From sequence record SRR31156797_3892: a stretch of DNA of 64,000 bases. The stretch is one strand, 5' to 3'. Positions 1-9,864 of this stretch are shown here, piece after piece (position 1 is the first letter of the stretch; each line of letters starts with the position of its first letter). The position numbers and the translations under genes are program-made. Under the pieces are notes generated by a model. It saw nothing but the letters and a program-made list of their open reading frames with translations. It did not search any database and had not been told where the DNA came from.

Positions 1-81
1 CTCAGCCTTAGTTCTTTTAGCTTTGAAAAAATGATCATTCAAAAATGTTTGATCTAATTTGATCACCACCTGGATAAAAAA

Positions 82-105
82 AAGGCTTGCAGCAATGCAG
101 GCCTT
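82..105. terminator. Hairpin, probable intrinsic terminator
   Basis: AAGGCTTGCA-GCAA-TGCAGGCCTT stem with one G-U pair, preceded by an A-run. Confidence 0.55.
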
Positions 106-189
106 ATTTGTTAGCCAATCAAGCAAAATCCAACTGATAGCGCCGTACAAGGCAAAAAAAATCTATAAGTTTGAAGTCAAATTGAAAAT

Positions 190-1908
190 ATGAAAATCAG
201 GCCTAAACAACTTTATGAGCCGGCAGTTCTTTTTGCAATCGGGGTTTTCATCCTTTTCATATCAAAGTATGTTATTCAATCACTACCCCAGGATGGAGAA
301 TTTTTTCGACCAAAAATTTTTAACAACATAAAGCATGTTAGCTTTTCCTGGAGCGGAATATTCTTCACCGGTGCCATGGTCTCTTTTTTACGCTCCGGCA
401 ATCAGGGCTTTTTCACACAATACCTTAAAGATGTTATTACAGATATCAAAAAGCATCTCGGTGAAACGCAACTGCTGTCTCATTTCCCGGGAAGAAATGG
501 CGCGGGGTTCTGGTTATTGATATTCGTTTTACTGGCCGGAGCTTTTAACAGGGTATACTTTGCCTTCGATCCCATCAGGCTCGATGAGGCCTCCACTTTT
601 GTAAGGGCGGTTTTTAAACCCTATTATTATACTTTCAGATATTATTCCCCTAACAATCATTTGCTGCATACACAGTTGGCCTATGCCTCAACTATGATAT
701 TTGGGATCAGTGAGTTCTCGTCGAGGCTCCCGGCTTTGATTGCTGGAATTATTAACCTACCACTCATATTCGTTTTAACACGACGATTGTTGGGACCTGG
801 ATATGGCTTGACAGCAACAGCCGTCATAGCCGTTTTACCCTTTTCTATCATTTACGATTATGTTGCACGGGGCTACTCCCTTGTGAATATGTTTTTTATG
901 ATGGGCTTGTTCGTAGCGCTCTCTATTATGGATAAAAACACCAGGGGTAAATCCTTTATTCTATCAGCCATTCTTGCTCTGGGGGCATACACCATGCCCA
1001 GTTTTCTGTTTTCAGCGGCAGGAATTATGCTTTGGCTAACCATTGTCCAAATTCAACAAAAGCAAAATATCCGTGAGGTTTCCCTGACCATTCTTTTACC
1101 GGTTGGAGTAATGGCATCATTATTAACATCCCTGCTTTACACACCCACATTGTTCATTAGCAAACTTGAAAAAATCTACGCCAACCCATTTGTGGAAACA
1201 CTTACCTGGAATGGATTCATCGAAACCCTTCCGGTGCATTTAATACGTACCGCCGAACAAATGTCCTATGGCGTTCATGTTCCGGTTCTCTTATTATTGG
1301 GGATGTTGGCGATGTTTGGTACTATTTTTCTCACAAGAGAAAAAACTGCAAAAGTGGCATTGCTCTTTCCATCCATATTCATTGGAGCCCTAATAATTTT
1401 AACGTTGAAAATGGCCATACCTTTTCCCAGGACCTGGGCCTACCTGATTCCTGTGTTGGTGATTTTAATTGATGCAGGAGCCTCCACATTATTCTACAAG
1501 GCACCAAAACAAGTCAAAAGAGCAGCTGCAATTGTTTGTGCAATGGCAATTGGATTTGCCATCTTTCAGATAACAAATCAAAGGTTAGTCTCCAAACATC
1601 ATCATATTGGTAAATTTAGTGATGCTGAAGAATTTGCAATATTTCTTTCAAATCATGCCTATGAACAGGATTCGTTTGAAGGTAAGGCTTTAACTGTGAA
1701 TACCATAAAATATTACTGGCATATGCATCAATGCCTGCCCGCGCTAAATCCAGATCCGGACTACAAACCCAAAACCTATTACATATTAAAAAAATCATGG
1801 TTAAATGATCCGGAATTTAAATCACTGAAGTTGAACATGATAAAAGAAACTGATCTAGCAATTATTGGTTTGGTGGTAGACTCAACAAATTTCAAAACAT
1901 TGGAATAA
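190..1908 (+). CDS. GT-C superfamily (ArnT/PMT-like, GT39/GT83-type) membrane glycosyltransferase
   Basis: 572 aa with many TM helices; DEA acidic motif after the N-terminal TMs (PIRLDEAST), PNNHLLH, EFSSRLP, ARGYSL. Confidence 0.7.
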   Translation: MKIRPKQLYEPAVLFAIGVFILFISKYVIQSLPQDGEFFRPKIFNNIKHVSFSWSGIFFTGAMVSFLRSGNQGFFTQYLKDVITDIKKHLGETQLLSHFPGRNGAGFWLLIFVLLAGAFNRVYFAFDPIRLDEASTFVRAVFKPYYYTFRYYSPNNHLLHTQLAYASTMIFGISEFSSRLPALIAGIINLPLIFVLTRRLLGPGYGLTATAVIAVLPFSIIYDYVARGYSLVNMFFMMGLFVALSIMDKNTRGKSFILSAILALGAYTMPSFLFSAAGIMLWLTIVQIQQKQNIREVSLTILLPVGVMASLLTSLLYTPTLFISKLEKIYANPFVETLTWNGFIETLPVHLIRTAEQMSYGVHVPVLLLLGMLAMFGTIFLTREKTAKVALLFPSIFIGALIILTLKMAIPFPRTWAYLIPVLVILIDAGASTLFYKAPKQVKRAAAIVCAMAIGFAIFQITNQRLVSKHHHIGKFSDAEEFAIFLSNHAYEQDSFEGKALTVNTIKYYWHMHQCLPALNPDPDYKPKTYYILKKSWLNDPEFKSLKLNMIKETDLAIIGLVVDSTNFKTLE

Positions 1909-1988
1909 TCGTAACCCTTACCGGAAATTGGATAACTTTACGGAGTAGCAGAATATTATTTCTTGAATGAACAGAATAAATATCCATT

Positions 1989-3944
1989 ATGAGAAGAAAA
2001 GCATTGATAACGTTGGCATTGTCATTATTAATGATTATCCCAACCATGGCACAAAATAAGGAAACCAGCATTAAATCACCTGATGGAGCTATTGAAGTTG
2101 AATTGAATATCAGGAATGATATTACCGCAACCATTAATTTCAAAGGGAAGGAAGTGATGCGATGTGAAAACTTTTCACTTCAACTTGCTGATGAGATGCC
2201 GGGTTTGGGTCCAAAACTAAAACGAAGTAACGCCAAAGAAATCAACGAAACCATCATTCCTGTTGTTTCCGAAAAACGGTCGAAAGTCATCAACCATTGC
2301 AATGAACTCACTTTGGAATTCAAAAATGATTACAGCATGATTTTCCGGGCATACAATGATGGGGTGGCCTATCGCTGGGTTTTGAACAAGAAGGGTGAAA
2401 TAATTGTAAAAAATGAGCAGGTGAATTTTGTTTTTGGAAGTTATGACTCTGTTTATTTCCCTGAAGAGGAAAGCTTTCTTACGCATTCCGAACGGCAATA
2501 CCCGCTATTATCCATCAACCATATTTCAGAACAGCAAATGGCCTGTATGCCGGTATTGGTGAAAAAACCGGGAAACATCAGAATAGCCGTTACGGAAGCT
2601 GATTTAATGGATTACCCGGGTATGTACCTGAAAGGGGCAGGACATGATAAGACTGAATTGACCAACCTGTTTCCACCCTACCCAGCTGAAGAGGAAAAAA
2701 TAAACGACCGGACAGTAAAAGTTTCGCAAATTGAAGATTTTATCGCAAAAACCAGTGGCACCAGATCACTACCATGGCGTGTGATGATCATCACGGATGA
2801 TGACGGCAAACTGGTGGAAAGTGATATGGTTTTCAGGCTGAGTTCACCAAACAGGATTAAAAATACCGACTGGATCAGGCCCGGAAAAGTAGCCTGGGAC
2901 TGGTGGAATGCCTTGAACATTTATGGTGTTGATTTTGAGTCAGGGATCAATACCTCCACTTACAAATATTACATCGATTTTGCATCGGAATACCAAATTC
3001 CTTACATCATCCTTGATGAAGGCTGGAGTGACACCGAAGATCTGTTCTCCATCAATCCGGACATCGATCTGCCGGAACTTTTCAGCTATGCCGAAAGCAA
3101 AAATGTGGGCATCATCCTGTGGGTTATCTGGAGTACCCTCGACGAACAACTGGATGAAGCCCTGGATAAATTCCAGGCCTGGGGTGTAAAAGGAATCAAG
3201 GTGGATTTTATGCAGCGGGACGATCAGAAGATGGTGAACTACTATGAAAAAATTGCCCGTGAAGCCGCCGAGTATAAATTGCTCGTTGACTTTCATGGAT
3301 CGTACAAACCAACAGGTTTGCGGCGCACTTATCCAAACGTGTTAACCCGCGAAGGCGTACGCGGACTGGAGCACAGCAAATGGTCTGATGATATCACCCC
3401 GGAACACAATTTGATCCTGCCTTTCACCCGCATGCTGGCCGGCCCCATGGATTTCACGCCCGGAGCAATGATCAACTGTACCGAAGAACAATTCAAACCC
3501 ATTTTTAACCGGCCCATGAGCCAGGGAACCCGGTGCCACCAACTGGCCATGTATGTGGTTTACGAAAGCCCGCTCCAAATGCTCGCCGACAGCCCATCCA
3601 ATTATTACAAAGAACCCGAAAGTATGGAATTCCTCAGGCAGGTCCCGGTTACCTGGGACGAAACCATGGTGCCGCAGGCTAAAGTTGGAGAATATATTTT
3701 GGTGGTCAGGCAAAAATATGAAAAGTGGTATATCGGTGCCATGACAAATTGGGAAGCAAGAACCCTTGAAGTTGATCTCTCGTTTCTTTCACCTGGAGAT
3801 CACAAAATCACCCTATGGCAGGATGGCCCGAATGCAGCTAAAAATCCACAGGATCTGAAAATGGATGAGATGACGATTCAGCAGGATGGGAAACTTTTTA
3901 TCAAACTGGCTCCCGGCGGAGGGTTTGTGGGGGTGGTTGAATAA
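1989..3944 (+). CDS. Glycoside hydrolase family 97, retaining-type motif set, secreted
   Basis: Signal peptide; WIRPGKVAWDWW, YIDFA, LDEGW, GIKVDFM, REGVRGLE, PFTRMLAGPMDFTPG. Confidence 0.92.
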   Translation: MRRKALITLALSLLMIIPTMAQNKETSIKSPDGAIEVELNIRNDITATINFKGKEVMRCENFSLQLADEMPGLGPKLKRSNAKEINETIIPVVSEKRSKVINHCNELTLEFKNDYSMIFRAYNDGVAYRWVLNKKGEIIVKNEQVNFVFGSYDSVYFPEEESFLTHSERQYPLLSINHISEQQMACMPVLVKKPGNIRIAVTEADLMDYPGMYLKGAGHDKTELTNLFPPYPAEEEKINDRTVKVSQIEDFIAKTSGTRSLPWRVMIITDDDGKLVESDMVFRLSSPNRIKNTDWIRPGKVAWDWWNALNIYGVDFESGINTSTYKYYIDFASEYQIPYIILDEGWSDTEDLFSINPDIDLPELFSYAESKNVGIILWVIWSTLDEQLDEALDKFQAWGVKGIKVDFMQRDDQKMVNYYEKIAREAAEYKLLVDFHGSYKPTGLRRTYPNVLTREGVRGLEHSKWSDDITPEHNLILPFTRMLAGPMDFTPGAMINCTEEQFKPIFNRPMSQGTRCHQLAMYVVYESPLQMLADSPSNYYKEPESMEFLRQVPVTWDETMVPQAKVGEYILVVRQKYEKWYIGAMTNWEARTLEVDLSFLSPGDHKITLWQDGPNAAKNPQDLKMDEMTIQQDGKLFIKLAPGGGFVGVVE

Positions 3945-4002
3945 TGCCACAAATGCATTTGGCATGATACGATTTTTGGCGTTGACAGGTACGTTATTAT
4001 GT

Positions 4003-4101
4003 GAATTCTGTAGTAGATACGCACGGCCGTGCGTATCTACAGAATTCTCGACGGTGCGTATCCCCAAAATTCTCGACGGTGTATATCTACAGAGTTCACG
4101 G
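4003..4101. repeat. GTAG-type REP-like palindrome whose right arm starts three tandem degenerate ~25-bp units
   Basis: Perfect 28-bp palindrome GTAGATACGCACGG/CCGTGCGTATCTAC at 4013-4040; units resembling CGGTGCGTATCTACAGAATTCTCGA at ~4027, 4052 and 4077. Confidence 0.75.
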
Positions 4102-4121
4102 CCTCGAGCCTCCAAAATTAT

Positions 4122-4592
4122 TTATTTTGGATAGGCCCCAAACAACTTACTCAGCCCTCGGTGAAACTTATGAACAGAGGTCACAGGCTCAGCAAACATC
4201 AGTGCACATTTGCGATGGATGATGTTCGCACCCTGGTCAACAGCGAGTTTGATGGCTTCATCGTTTTGCGAGCCCTGCTGAAGAAAAATATTCCGGATAC
4301 CCTTTTCAAGCACTTGCTTAACCAGTTCCGCTGTTTTTTCAGGTTTTGTGCAGATGATTACTCCTGAAACTGCTTCGGGAAGTTCAGTGACAGACTTATA
4401 GCATCGAATTCCATGTACTGATTCCATTTCAGGATGAACAGGATACAACTTATAGTCCTTTGAGTTCAATTCTTTCACGAGTGCATTTCCAAACTTTTTT
4501 GCGTTTCTCGAAACGCCTACAATGGCCAAATGCTTTTGTGCCATAAATTTATGGATGTTATCCAGGCTTACTTTTTGATCCGTGTTTTTCAT
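4122..4592 (-). CDS. CoA-binding protein (YccU-like)
   Basis: AIVGVSRNAKKFG, YPVHP, IFLQQG and HRKCALM motifs. Confidence 0.88.
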   Translation of the reverse strand: MKNTDQKVSLDNIHKFMAQKHLAIVGVSRNAKKFGNALVKELNSKDYKLYPVHPEMESVHGIRCYKSVTELPEAVSGVIICTKPEKTAELVKQVLEKGIRNIFLQQGSQNDEAIKLAVDQGANIIHRKCALMFAEPVTSVHKFHRGLSKLFGAYPK

Positions 4593-4734
4593 TTTTTTGT
4601 TAATTGGTTAATGCTGCAAATATCAGCCAAATACATGAAAAAACAAACATCGTGTTATGATTTGAAATGTCATCGGATTATCAATTAATTGTACTTTCAC
4701 AGCTCAAAAGCATAAACTAAAAACAAAACACGAA

Positions 4735-6102
4735 ATGAAATTAGTACACCGGGTAGAAGATGCCATTAACCCACTGAATATCAACCAGGGAAGTGTGATT
4801 TACACAGCCGGTAACGCCGCTGCTCCTCAGGTACTTTTAAGACAACTGGCCAGGGACCCTTATATTTATGATGTTGAATTGCTCAGCGTTTTGTTGCTTG
4901 GCAATGTAGGTGAGCTTTTTGATCCGGAAGTTTGTAAAAGAATAACCCACCGGGTGATTTTTAACGGCCCGCATTCGCGCGAAGCCATGAATACAGGAGG
5001 TGCGTCCTACCAGCTGATCCACCTTTCGGATATTGGCCGCCAAATGCGCGAATTCATTAAACCTAATGTCGTGTTGCTGAGCGTTGCCGGTCCGGACAAC
5101 GGAGGCAATTACAGCTATGGTACAACTGTGGAAGGCGTTAAAGGTGCTGTAGATTCGGTGCGTGAAAACGGCGGGATCATAATTGCAGAACGAAATGCTA
5201 AAATGCCGTTTGTGCTTGGAACCACCATCCACGAAAGCGAAATTTCCTACCTGCTCGACACAGACTATAACCTGCCAAGCAGCCCTGTTCAGAAACCGGA
5301 TGAGCGCGCAGTGAAAATTGCACAAATCATCACAGAATTGTATGTTGAAAATGGCTCAACCCTGCAATACGGGATTGGCGAAGTTCCCGAAGCTGTAACT
5401 GATGCCATCATCGATAAAGGTGTGAAAGATCTGGGCATCCATACCGAGCTTTTTGCTGATGCCATGCGAAAATTGGTTGAAAAAGGTATAGTAACAAATA
5501 AATATCTCGATTTTAATTTCTCAACAGCGAGTATTTTCCTGGCCAAAGATAAATTTGGTTACGACTGGATGAACTATAACAGCTCAATCCAAAGTCGTCC
5601 GGCAGATTTTACAAACTACGTACCCACCATTGCCCGCATGCCAAAAATGCTGGCCATCAACAGTGCCATCGGGGTGGATTTACACAGCAACATTTGGGCA
5701 GATTCCCTCAACGCCACCCGCATATACAGCGGTATTGGCGGACAGGCCGACTTCCTACGCGGATCATATCTCTCCAAAGGTGGCGTTCCTATCATCGCCA
5801 TGAAATCCACAACGGCAAGAGGGGACTCAAAAATTATGATGAAATGCCCGGAAGGCATCACCACAACGGCCATTGCCGCCGACCCGGTAGTGATCGTAAC
5901 AGAGCAGGGAGCCTTCGATCCACGCGGATTAAATATTGCTGAACATGCGGTTGGTATAGCCTTCCTGGCAGAGGAACAATGCAGGGAAAGGCTTTTAAAA
6001 TATATATATGAGAGTAAGGAATACCACAACCCACAACAGGCGCTGAGCGATAAAGTGCCAAAGGGATTTACACCTTACGAATCCATTGCCGGAAGAGGAT
6101 AG
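4735..6102 (+). CDS. Acetyl-CoA hydrolase/transferase family protein (4-hydroxybutyrate CoA-transferase-like)
   Basis: TLQYGIGEVP, DLGIHTE, AINSAIGVDL, YSGIGGQADFLRG, IVTEQG. Confidence 0.88.
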   Translation: MKLVHRVEDAINPLNINQGSVIYTAGNAAAPQVLLRQLARDPYIYDVELLSVLLLGNVGELFDPEVCKRITHRVIFNGPHSREAMNTGGASYQLIHLSDIGRQMREFIKPNVVLLSVAGPDNGGNYSYGTTVEGVKGAVDSVRENGGIIIAERNAKMPFVLGTTIHESEISYLLDTDYNLPSSPVQKPDERAVKIAQIITELYVENGSTLQYGIGEVPEAVTDAIIDKGVKDLGIHTELFADAMRKLVEKGIVTNKYLDFNFSTASIFLAKDKFGYDWMNYNSSIQSRPADFTNYVPTIARMPKMLAINSAIGVDLHSNIWADSLNATRIYSGIGGQADFLRGSYLSKGGVPIIAMKSTTARGDSKIMMKCPEGITTTAIAADPVVIVTEQGAFDPRGLNIAEHAVGIAFLAEEQCRERLLKYIYESKEYHNPQQALSDKVPKGFTPYESIAGRG

Positions 6103-6147
6103 AAAATGCTTTTTATTAGAATTTTCAGCTTTAAGAAAATAGATTTT

Positions 6148-6182
6148 AACCCTGATCAGGCACTCCTGCATCAGGGTTTTTT
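6148..6182 (+). terminator. Intrinsic terminator
   Basis: AACCCTGATCAGG-CACT-CCTG(C)ATCAGGGTT followed by a T-run. Confidence 0.7.
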
Positions 6183-6230
6183 ATACTTTCGCCATTGGAA
6201 AATATTCACATTTCAAATCATCAAAAAACT

Positions 6231-7928
6231 ATGAAAAATTTATTGGGATTTTTAATTGTAACAATTGTTTCGATGGCTGTTATCAGCTCATGTAGTGGCC
6301 CATGCGAGGAAACCCTGGAAGCCGAACGTGCAGGCATTGTTCCTCAGGGTGTCGATTTTCAACCACTTCCGGGTATCAATATGCAGGAAAAACTAAATGA
6401 GTTCGCCACATTTAAACTGACAGCAAACATCGATCATCTTACCGATCAGGAAAAGGAGATGCTCCCCTATTTGTTTAAGGCTGCTGACATTATGGAAGAC
6501 CTATACTGGAAACAAGCTATTGGTAAAAATGAAGAATTCTTAAACAGGATCAAGGATAAGGATGCCAAAGCATTTGCAAAAATCCATTATGGCCCATGGG
6601 ACAGGCTGGACGGCAACAAGCCATTCCTCACCAATGTAGGTCCTAAACCGGACGGAGCAAATTTTTATCCGGAAGACATGACCAAAGCGGAATTTGAGCA
6701 GCTACAGGATACGGCAAAAAACAGCCTGTACACACTCATTCGCCGTGATGATGAAGGAAAGCTTTATTCAGCCTGGTATCATCAGGTATATAAAACTGAA
6801 ATCGAAAAAGCTGCAGCACTGCTCCGCAAGGCAGCCAACCTTGCCAAAGATGATGGTTTAAAAAGATACCTCACCCTGCGTGCCGACGCCCTGCTAACAG
6901 ATGACTACCTTGAAAGTGACCTGGCATGGATGGATATGAAAACCTCGAATATTGATTTTGTGGTTGGACCAATCGAGAACTATGAAGACCAGCTTTTTGG
7001 ATATAAGGCCGCCTATGAATCTTTCATCCTGATTAAAGATCCGGAATGGAGTGAACGCCTCCAGAAATTTGCCGCCATGTTGCCAGATCTGCAAAAACTG
7101 GTTCCAACAGATGAAAAATACAAAAAAGACATTCCAGGCTCCGATTCCGACCTGAACGCATACGATGTTGTTTACTATGCCGGCGACTGCAATGCAGGGA
7201 GCAAAACAATCGCCATCAACCTGCCCAACGACCCAAGGGTACACGTGGCCAAAGGTACCCGCAAACTCCAGCTCAAAAATGCCATGCGTGCCAAGTTTGA
7301 TAAAATTCTTATGCCAATTTCCGAAATGCTTATTGATCCGTCTCAACAAAAACACATAACTTTTGATGCATTTTTTGGTAACACCATGTTCCACGAAGTA
7401 TCCCACGGAATGGGTGTGAAAAACACCATCAATGGTAAGGGCACTGCCCGCGAGGCACTCAAGGAAACCTACTCATCCATTGAGGAAGGCAAGGCAGATA
7501 TTATGGGACTTTGGCTGGTAAAAACCCTTCGCGAGATGGGCGAAATCACCAAAGGTGAATTGATGGATAATTACGTTACATTCTTCGCCGGTATTTTCCG
7601 GTCAAGCCGCTTTGGTGCTGCAAGTGCCCACGGAAAAGCCAATATGATGCGGTTTGAATTCTTTAAGGACGAAGGAGCCTTTACCAAAAATGAAGATGGT
7701 TACTATTATGTGAACGCCGATAAAATGGCCCCGGCCATCGACAAACTTGTTGATAAAATTCAAACCTTGCAGGGTGAAGGTGATTATGATGCCGCTAAAG
7801 CTTGGATAGCAGAAGACGGCAAGGTTAGCCCTGAGTTACAAGCTGACCTTGACCGTTTAAACGCAGGTGGAATCCCTGTGGATATCGTTTTTGAACAAGG
7901 TGTGGATGTTATGGGACTGGTAAAGTAA
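6231..7928 (+). CDS. Peptidase family M49 (dipeptidyl peptidase III-like, HEXXH type), probable lipoprotein
   Basis: ATG at 6231 preferred over TTG at 6195; lipobox-like ISSC; GPWDRL, GANFYP, AINLPND, HEVSHGMG, EEGKAD. Confidence 0.85.
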   Translation: MKNLLGFLIVTIVSMAVISSCSGPCEETLEAERAGIVPQGVDFQPLPGINMQEKLNEFATFKLTANIDHLTDQEKEMLPYLFKAADIMEDLYWKQAIGKNEEFLNRIKDKDAKAFAKIHYGPWDRLDGNKPFLTNVGPKPDGANFYPEDMTKAEFEQLQDTAKNSLYTLIRRDDEGKLYSAWYHQVYKTEIEKAAALLRKAANLAKDDGLKRYLTLRADALLTDDYLESDLAWMDMKTSNIDFVVGPIENYEDQLFGYKAAYESFILIKDPEWSERLQKFAAMLPDLQKLVPTDEKYKKDIPGSDSDLNAYDVVYYAGDCNAGSKTIAINLPNDPRVHVAKGTRKLQLKNAMRAKFDKILMPISEMLIDPSQQKHITFDAFFGNTMFHEVSHGMGVKNTINGKGTAREALKETYSSIEEGKADIMGLWLVKTLREMGEITKGELMDNYVTFFAGIFRSSRFGAASAHGKANMMRFEFFKDEGAFTKNEDGYYYVNADKMAPAIDKLVDKIQTLQGEGDYDAAKAWIAEDGKVSPELQADLDRLNAGGIPVDIVFEQGVDVMGLVK

Positions 7929-7953
7929 AGCCATCTGATGAATAAAATAAAAC

Positions 7954-7982
7954 TACCCGGCCTAAACTCCGGGTATTTTTTT
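7954..7982 (+). terminator. Intrinsic terminator
   Basis: TACCCGG-8nt-CCGGGTA followed by T7. Confidence 0.75.
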
Positions 7983-8048
7983 GAAACCATTTCAAGGTTT
8001 AAGATTTGCTTATGACAAAATATATTCTCTAATAAATAAACAACAACT

Positions 8049-8990
8049 ATGCAATACAATAAATACATAAAGAAAGCACCACTGATATCTGAGATTGGAT
8101 TGGGAGCCTGGCAACTGGGCGTTAATTCAGGCTGGAAAGGCATGACGGAAAAAGAAGCCATCGACATGGTGCACAAATCGTTGGATCAGGGAATCAACTT
8201 TTTTGATACAGCCCCAAACTACGGACTTGGAACCAGTGAATCACGGTTGGGAAAAGCACTCAAAAACACCGACAGGAGTAAGATCGTGATAAACACCAAA
8301 TTCGGGCACACGGTTGCAGGTGATACAAACTTCGAAGCCGGCCACATCCGTGAATCCATCGAAGGAAGCTTAAAGCGTTTGCAAACGGATTATGTGGATT
8401 CGCTGATTTTCCACAACCCACCTTTCGATTACCTGGACGGGAACAAAAATGACCACTATGAAATCCTGGAGCGACTTGTGGAAGAAGGAAAAATAAATGC
8501 CTATGGTGCTTCTCTTGATACCTATGATGAGATGAAACTCCTCATGGATACCACAAATGCAACGGTTATTGAAGCATTTTTCAACATCCTGCACCAGGAT
8601 GCTGCCCGGGCATTTGGTATGGCCATAAAAAAGGAAGCCGGGATCATTGTAAAGATACCGCTGGACTCCGGCTGGCTTACCGGGAAATACAGCGCTGAAA
8701 GCACATTTATTGATATCCGCGACAGATGGAGCAAGGATAACATCAAAACCAGGGCCATGCTTGTGGACCGCGTTAAGCAGATCATTGGACCTGACTACGT
8801 CATCTCTCAGGCCGCCATTGCCTTTTGCCTGGCATATGATGCCGTATCCACGGTTATTCCCGGCAACACCACCATGAAGCAGCTGGAAAGCAACCTGCTT
8901 AGTGCCGAAAAACCACTTCCTGCAGAGCTGGTAAAAAAGCTGGAAGACTTTTATCAGCAAGAGGTGAAAAAGTTAAATATTCCGTGGTGA
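8049..8990 (+). CDS. Aldo/keto reductase
   Basis: SEIGLGAWQLG, FFDTAPNYG, TKFG, SLKRLQTDYVD. Confidence 0.92.
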   Translation: MQYNKYIKKAPLISEIGLGAWQLGVNSGWKGMTEKEAIDMVHKSLDQGINFFDTAPNYGLGTSESRLGKALKNTDRSKIVINTKFGHTVAGDTNFEAGHIRESIEGSLKRLQTDYVDSLIFHNPPFDYLDGNKNDHYEILERLVEEGKINAYGASLDTYDEMKLLMDTTNATVIEAFFNILHQDAARAFGMAIKKEAGIIVKIPLDSGWLTGKYSAESTFIDIRDRWSKDNIKTRAMLVDRVKQIIGPDYVISQAAIAFCLAYDAVSTVIPGNTTMKQLESNLLSAEKPLPAELVKKLEDFYQQEVKKLNIPW

Positions 8991-9133
8991 AAACTTTCTA
9001 CCAATGTAAATAGGACATAATATTTTTTCATTCAAAACGCGATTGCTTGATTTATTAATTTTTTTCAAATCATGAATTTGCATAAATGAATATGCAGGCT
9101 TATCTTTGAAAGAAAAAAAAGATAGCCCGTTAA

Positions 9134-9829
9134 ATGAAGAAATCTTATGAACATTATGGAACCCGGTTTCATACCAATAACGTTTCACCAAAGAAAACTG
9201 TATTGGCGAACCACCAAAATAGCTTAGAGGCTCAAAATTTCAGAAAAATTATTGGAATCATTGAATATTTCATGTTAGGAATAGGTGCCTGGTTCATCTT
9301 TAAAGCGCCGGAGATTTCTTTTCAGGCAATAATTATCTTATCTATAATCATGATCCTTATTGATAGCATTTTGTTTCTTTATGAACATAATGTTTTAATC
9401 AAAACAAAAAAAATATTTCTGATTAAAGTGCGTAATTCCTCCGGTTTAGACAACTTTTTAGCCTATAGTTTAGCGGCAATTTGTATAATCGGATTAATTG
9501 TAAACTGGTCCAGATTTGAATTTTCTTCGATTTATGCATTTTTGGTCTCCTTTATTCCGGGGTTCAGACAATTAATGTTCATAAAGCAAAAAAATTCCAC
9601 AAGAATTACACAAAACAAAATCCTGTTTAAGGATTTATTTATCAGGGATTTGTATATCAATATGATAAATCATGTAGATATTTCCTTTAAAAATAAAGTC
9701 ATTTGGATTGAACTCAAAAATGGAGACATCCGAAAATTAAATGTGGACGAAGAGTTCTTTGGAGAGAATAAAGAGAAAATCATAAAGGTCGTTGTTGCAC
9801 TAAATCATGATCCTCAAGTGAATTTTTAA
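9134..9829 (+). CDS. Hypothetical membrane protein, AT-rich; true start may be downstream
   Basis: Four hydrophobic segments and a beta-rich C-terminal tail that may be bacterial PH-like. Confidence 0.55.
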   Translation: MKKSYEHYGTRFHTNNVSPKKTVLANHQNSLEAQNFRKIIGIIEYFMLGIGAWFIFKAPEISFQAIIILSIIMILIDSILFLYEHNVLIKTKKIFLIKVRNSSGLDNFLAYSLAAICIIGLIVNWSRFEFSSIYAFLVSFIPGFRQLMFIKQKNSTRITQNKILFKDLFIRDLYINMINHVDISFKNKVIWIELKNGDIRKLNVDEEFFGENKEKIIKVVVALNHDPQVNF

Positions 9830-9864
9830 GACCAATTGAAATGCCATTAGCAAGGAAAATAAAA

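Noticed and set aside
4027..4101. Possible mini CRISPR array
   Set aside because: Units are contiguous and degenerate with no unique spacers, and no cas genes are present
3813..4367. Several short overlapping ORFs across the GH97/CoA-binding junction
   Set aside because: They read through the palindromic repeat or are antisense to real genes, with no family motifs
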